Origin: Candidatus Limnocylindrales bacterium
GTDB taxonomy: Bacteria > Chloroflexota > Limnocylindria > Limnocylindrales > CSP1-4
Assembly: GCA_025450915.1 (NCBI GenBank)
Contig: JANWLH010000066.1
Location: forward strand, 6,117 to 70,116
Direction: 5' to 3'
Length of the DNA: 64,000 nt
The translations under genes and the position numbers were made by a program. Every line of letters begins with the position of its first letter. Position 1 is the stretch's first letter. Positions 63,878-64,000 of the stretch are shown here, in pieces. The notes below the pieces were generated by a model, which was given only the letters and a program-made list of their open reading frames with translations, was not told where the DNA came from and ran no database searches.

Positions 63878-63913
63878 ATATTGATACTTGCCGATATCGG
63901 CGATTGTCAATAT
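63878..63913. promoter_or_regulatory. 36-bp palindromic operator embedded in back-to-back arsM and arsR promoters
   Basis: ATATTGA-TACTT-GCCGATATCGGC-GATTG-TCAATAT. The arsM promoter (minus strand) is TTGACA (63910-63905), 18 nt, TATCAA (63886-63881). The arsR promoter (plus strand) is TTGCCG (63888-63893), 17 nt, TATCAT (63911-63916), then 7 nt to the ATG. Confidence 0.6.
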
Positions 63914-63923
63914 CATACCCGCA

Positions 63924-64000
63924 ATGAAGCGACCCACCGATCCCGATACCCTCCTGCTCCAGGCCGCGGCCGATCCCAGCCGGCTGGCGATCCTCCGCCA
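63924..64000 (+). CDS. arsR: ArsR/SmtB-family regulator, N-terminal fragment (runs off window)
   Basis: Own translation: MKRPTDPDTLLLQAAADPSRLAILR. The ..DPSRLAIL motif is the typical start of the ArsR HTH domain. It is divergent from arsM. Confidence 0.7.
   Translation, partial: MKRPTDPDTLLLQAAADPSRLAILR

Overview
High-GC bacterial chromosomal segment, densely coding on both strands. I support about 58 protein genes. I found no rRNA, tRNA, CRISPR array, transposase, integrase or phage gene. Lineage is inferred only: Actinomycetota- or Chloroflexota-like, from the GC level, frequent GTG/TTG starts, 4-nt start/stop overlaps and several apparently leaderless promoters. Most long ORFs in the six-frame track are Arg/Pro/Gly-rich shadow frames of real genes on the opposite strand or another frame.

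Gene content in order:
- Peptide-type ABC binding protein, cut by the window edge and missing from the ORF track.
- NUDIX / mini-PhzF remnant / sarcosine-oxidase-like operon.
- CocE/NonD hydrolase and an aminotransferase.
- SatD-DUF3307 pair with a striking repeat operator.
- Local cAMP module: CNB protein plus flavoenzyme, divergent from an adenylate cyclase-STAND-TPR protein and a Cys-rich 80-aa ORF.
- thyX, punA, moaA (with a possible Moco riboswitch).
- Acidic coiled-coil protein plus receiver-ParA/MinD ATPase.
- acs, mscS, and iclR plus a class III aminotransferase.
- marR, a methyltransferase, an ankyrin protein and DUF885.
- A 946-aa methylase-like / Zn-ribbon / nuclease-like protein divergent from a MoxR-DUF58-DUF4129 operon.
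- TPR protein, PolX, two GGDEF cyclases and glutamate decarboxylase.
- A potassium island: two KdpD-C-like kinase/KdpE-like regulator pairs flanking a KimA-like permease, then small ORF-CheY-micropeptide-kdpFABC and a stand-alone KdpD N-terminal domain.
- An arsenic island: aquaglyceroporin, MerR-ArsC fusion, arsM, arsR.

Most unusual observations:
1. A family of long-hairpin intergenic elements: tandem at 39582-39962, one at 29724-29935, fragments at 15918-16061.
2. The large, apparently catalytically degenerate methylase-like protein.
3. The three-way split and duplication of KdpD functions.
4. The MerR-ArsC fusion, which sits behind a textbook 19-bp-spacer MerR promoter.

None of these can be proven novel from sequence alone. 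Each finding states the decisive search.
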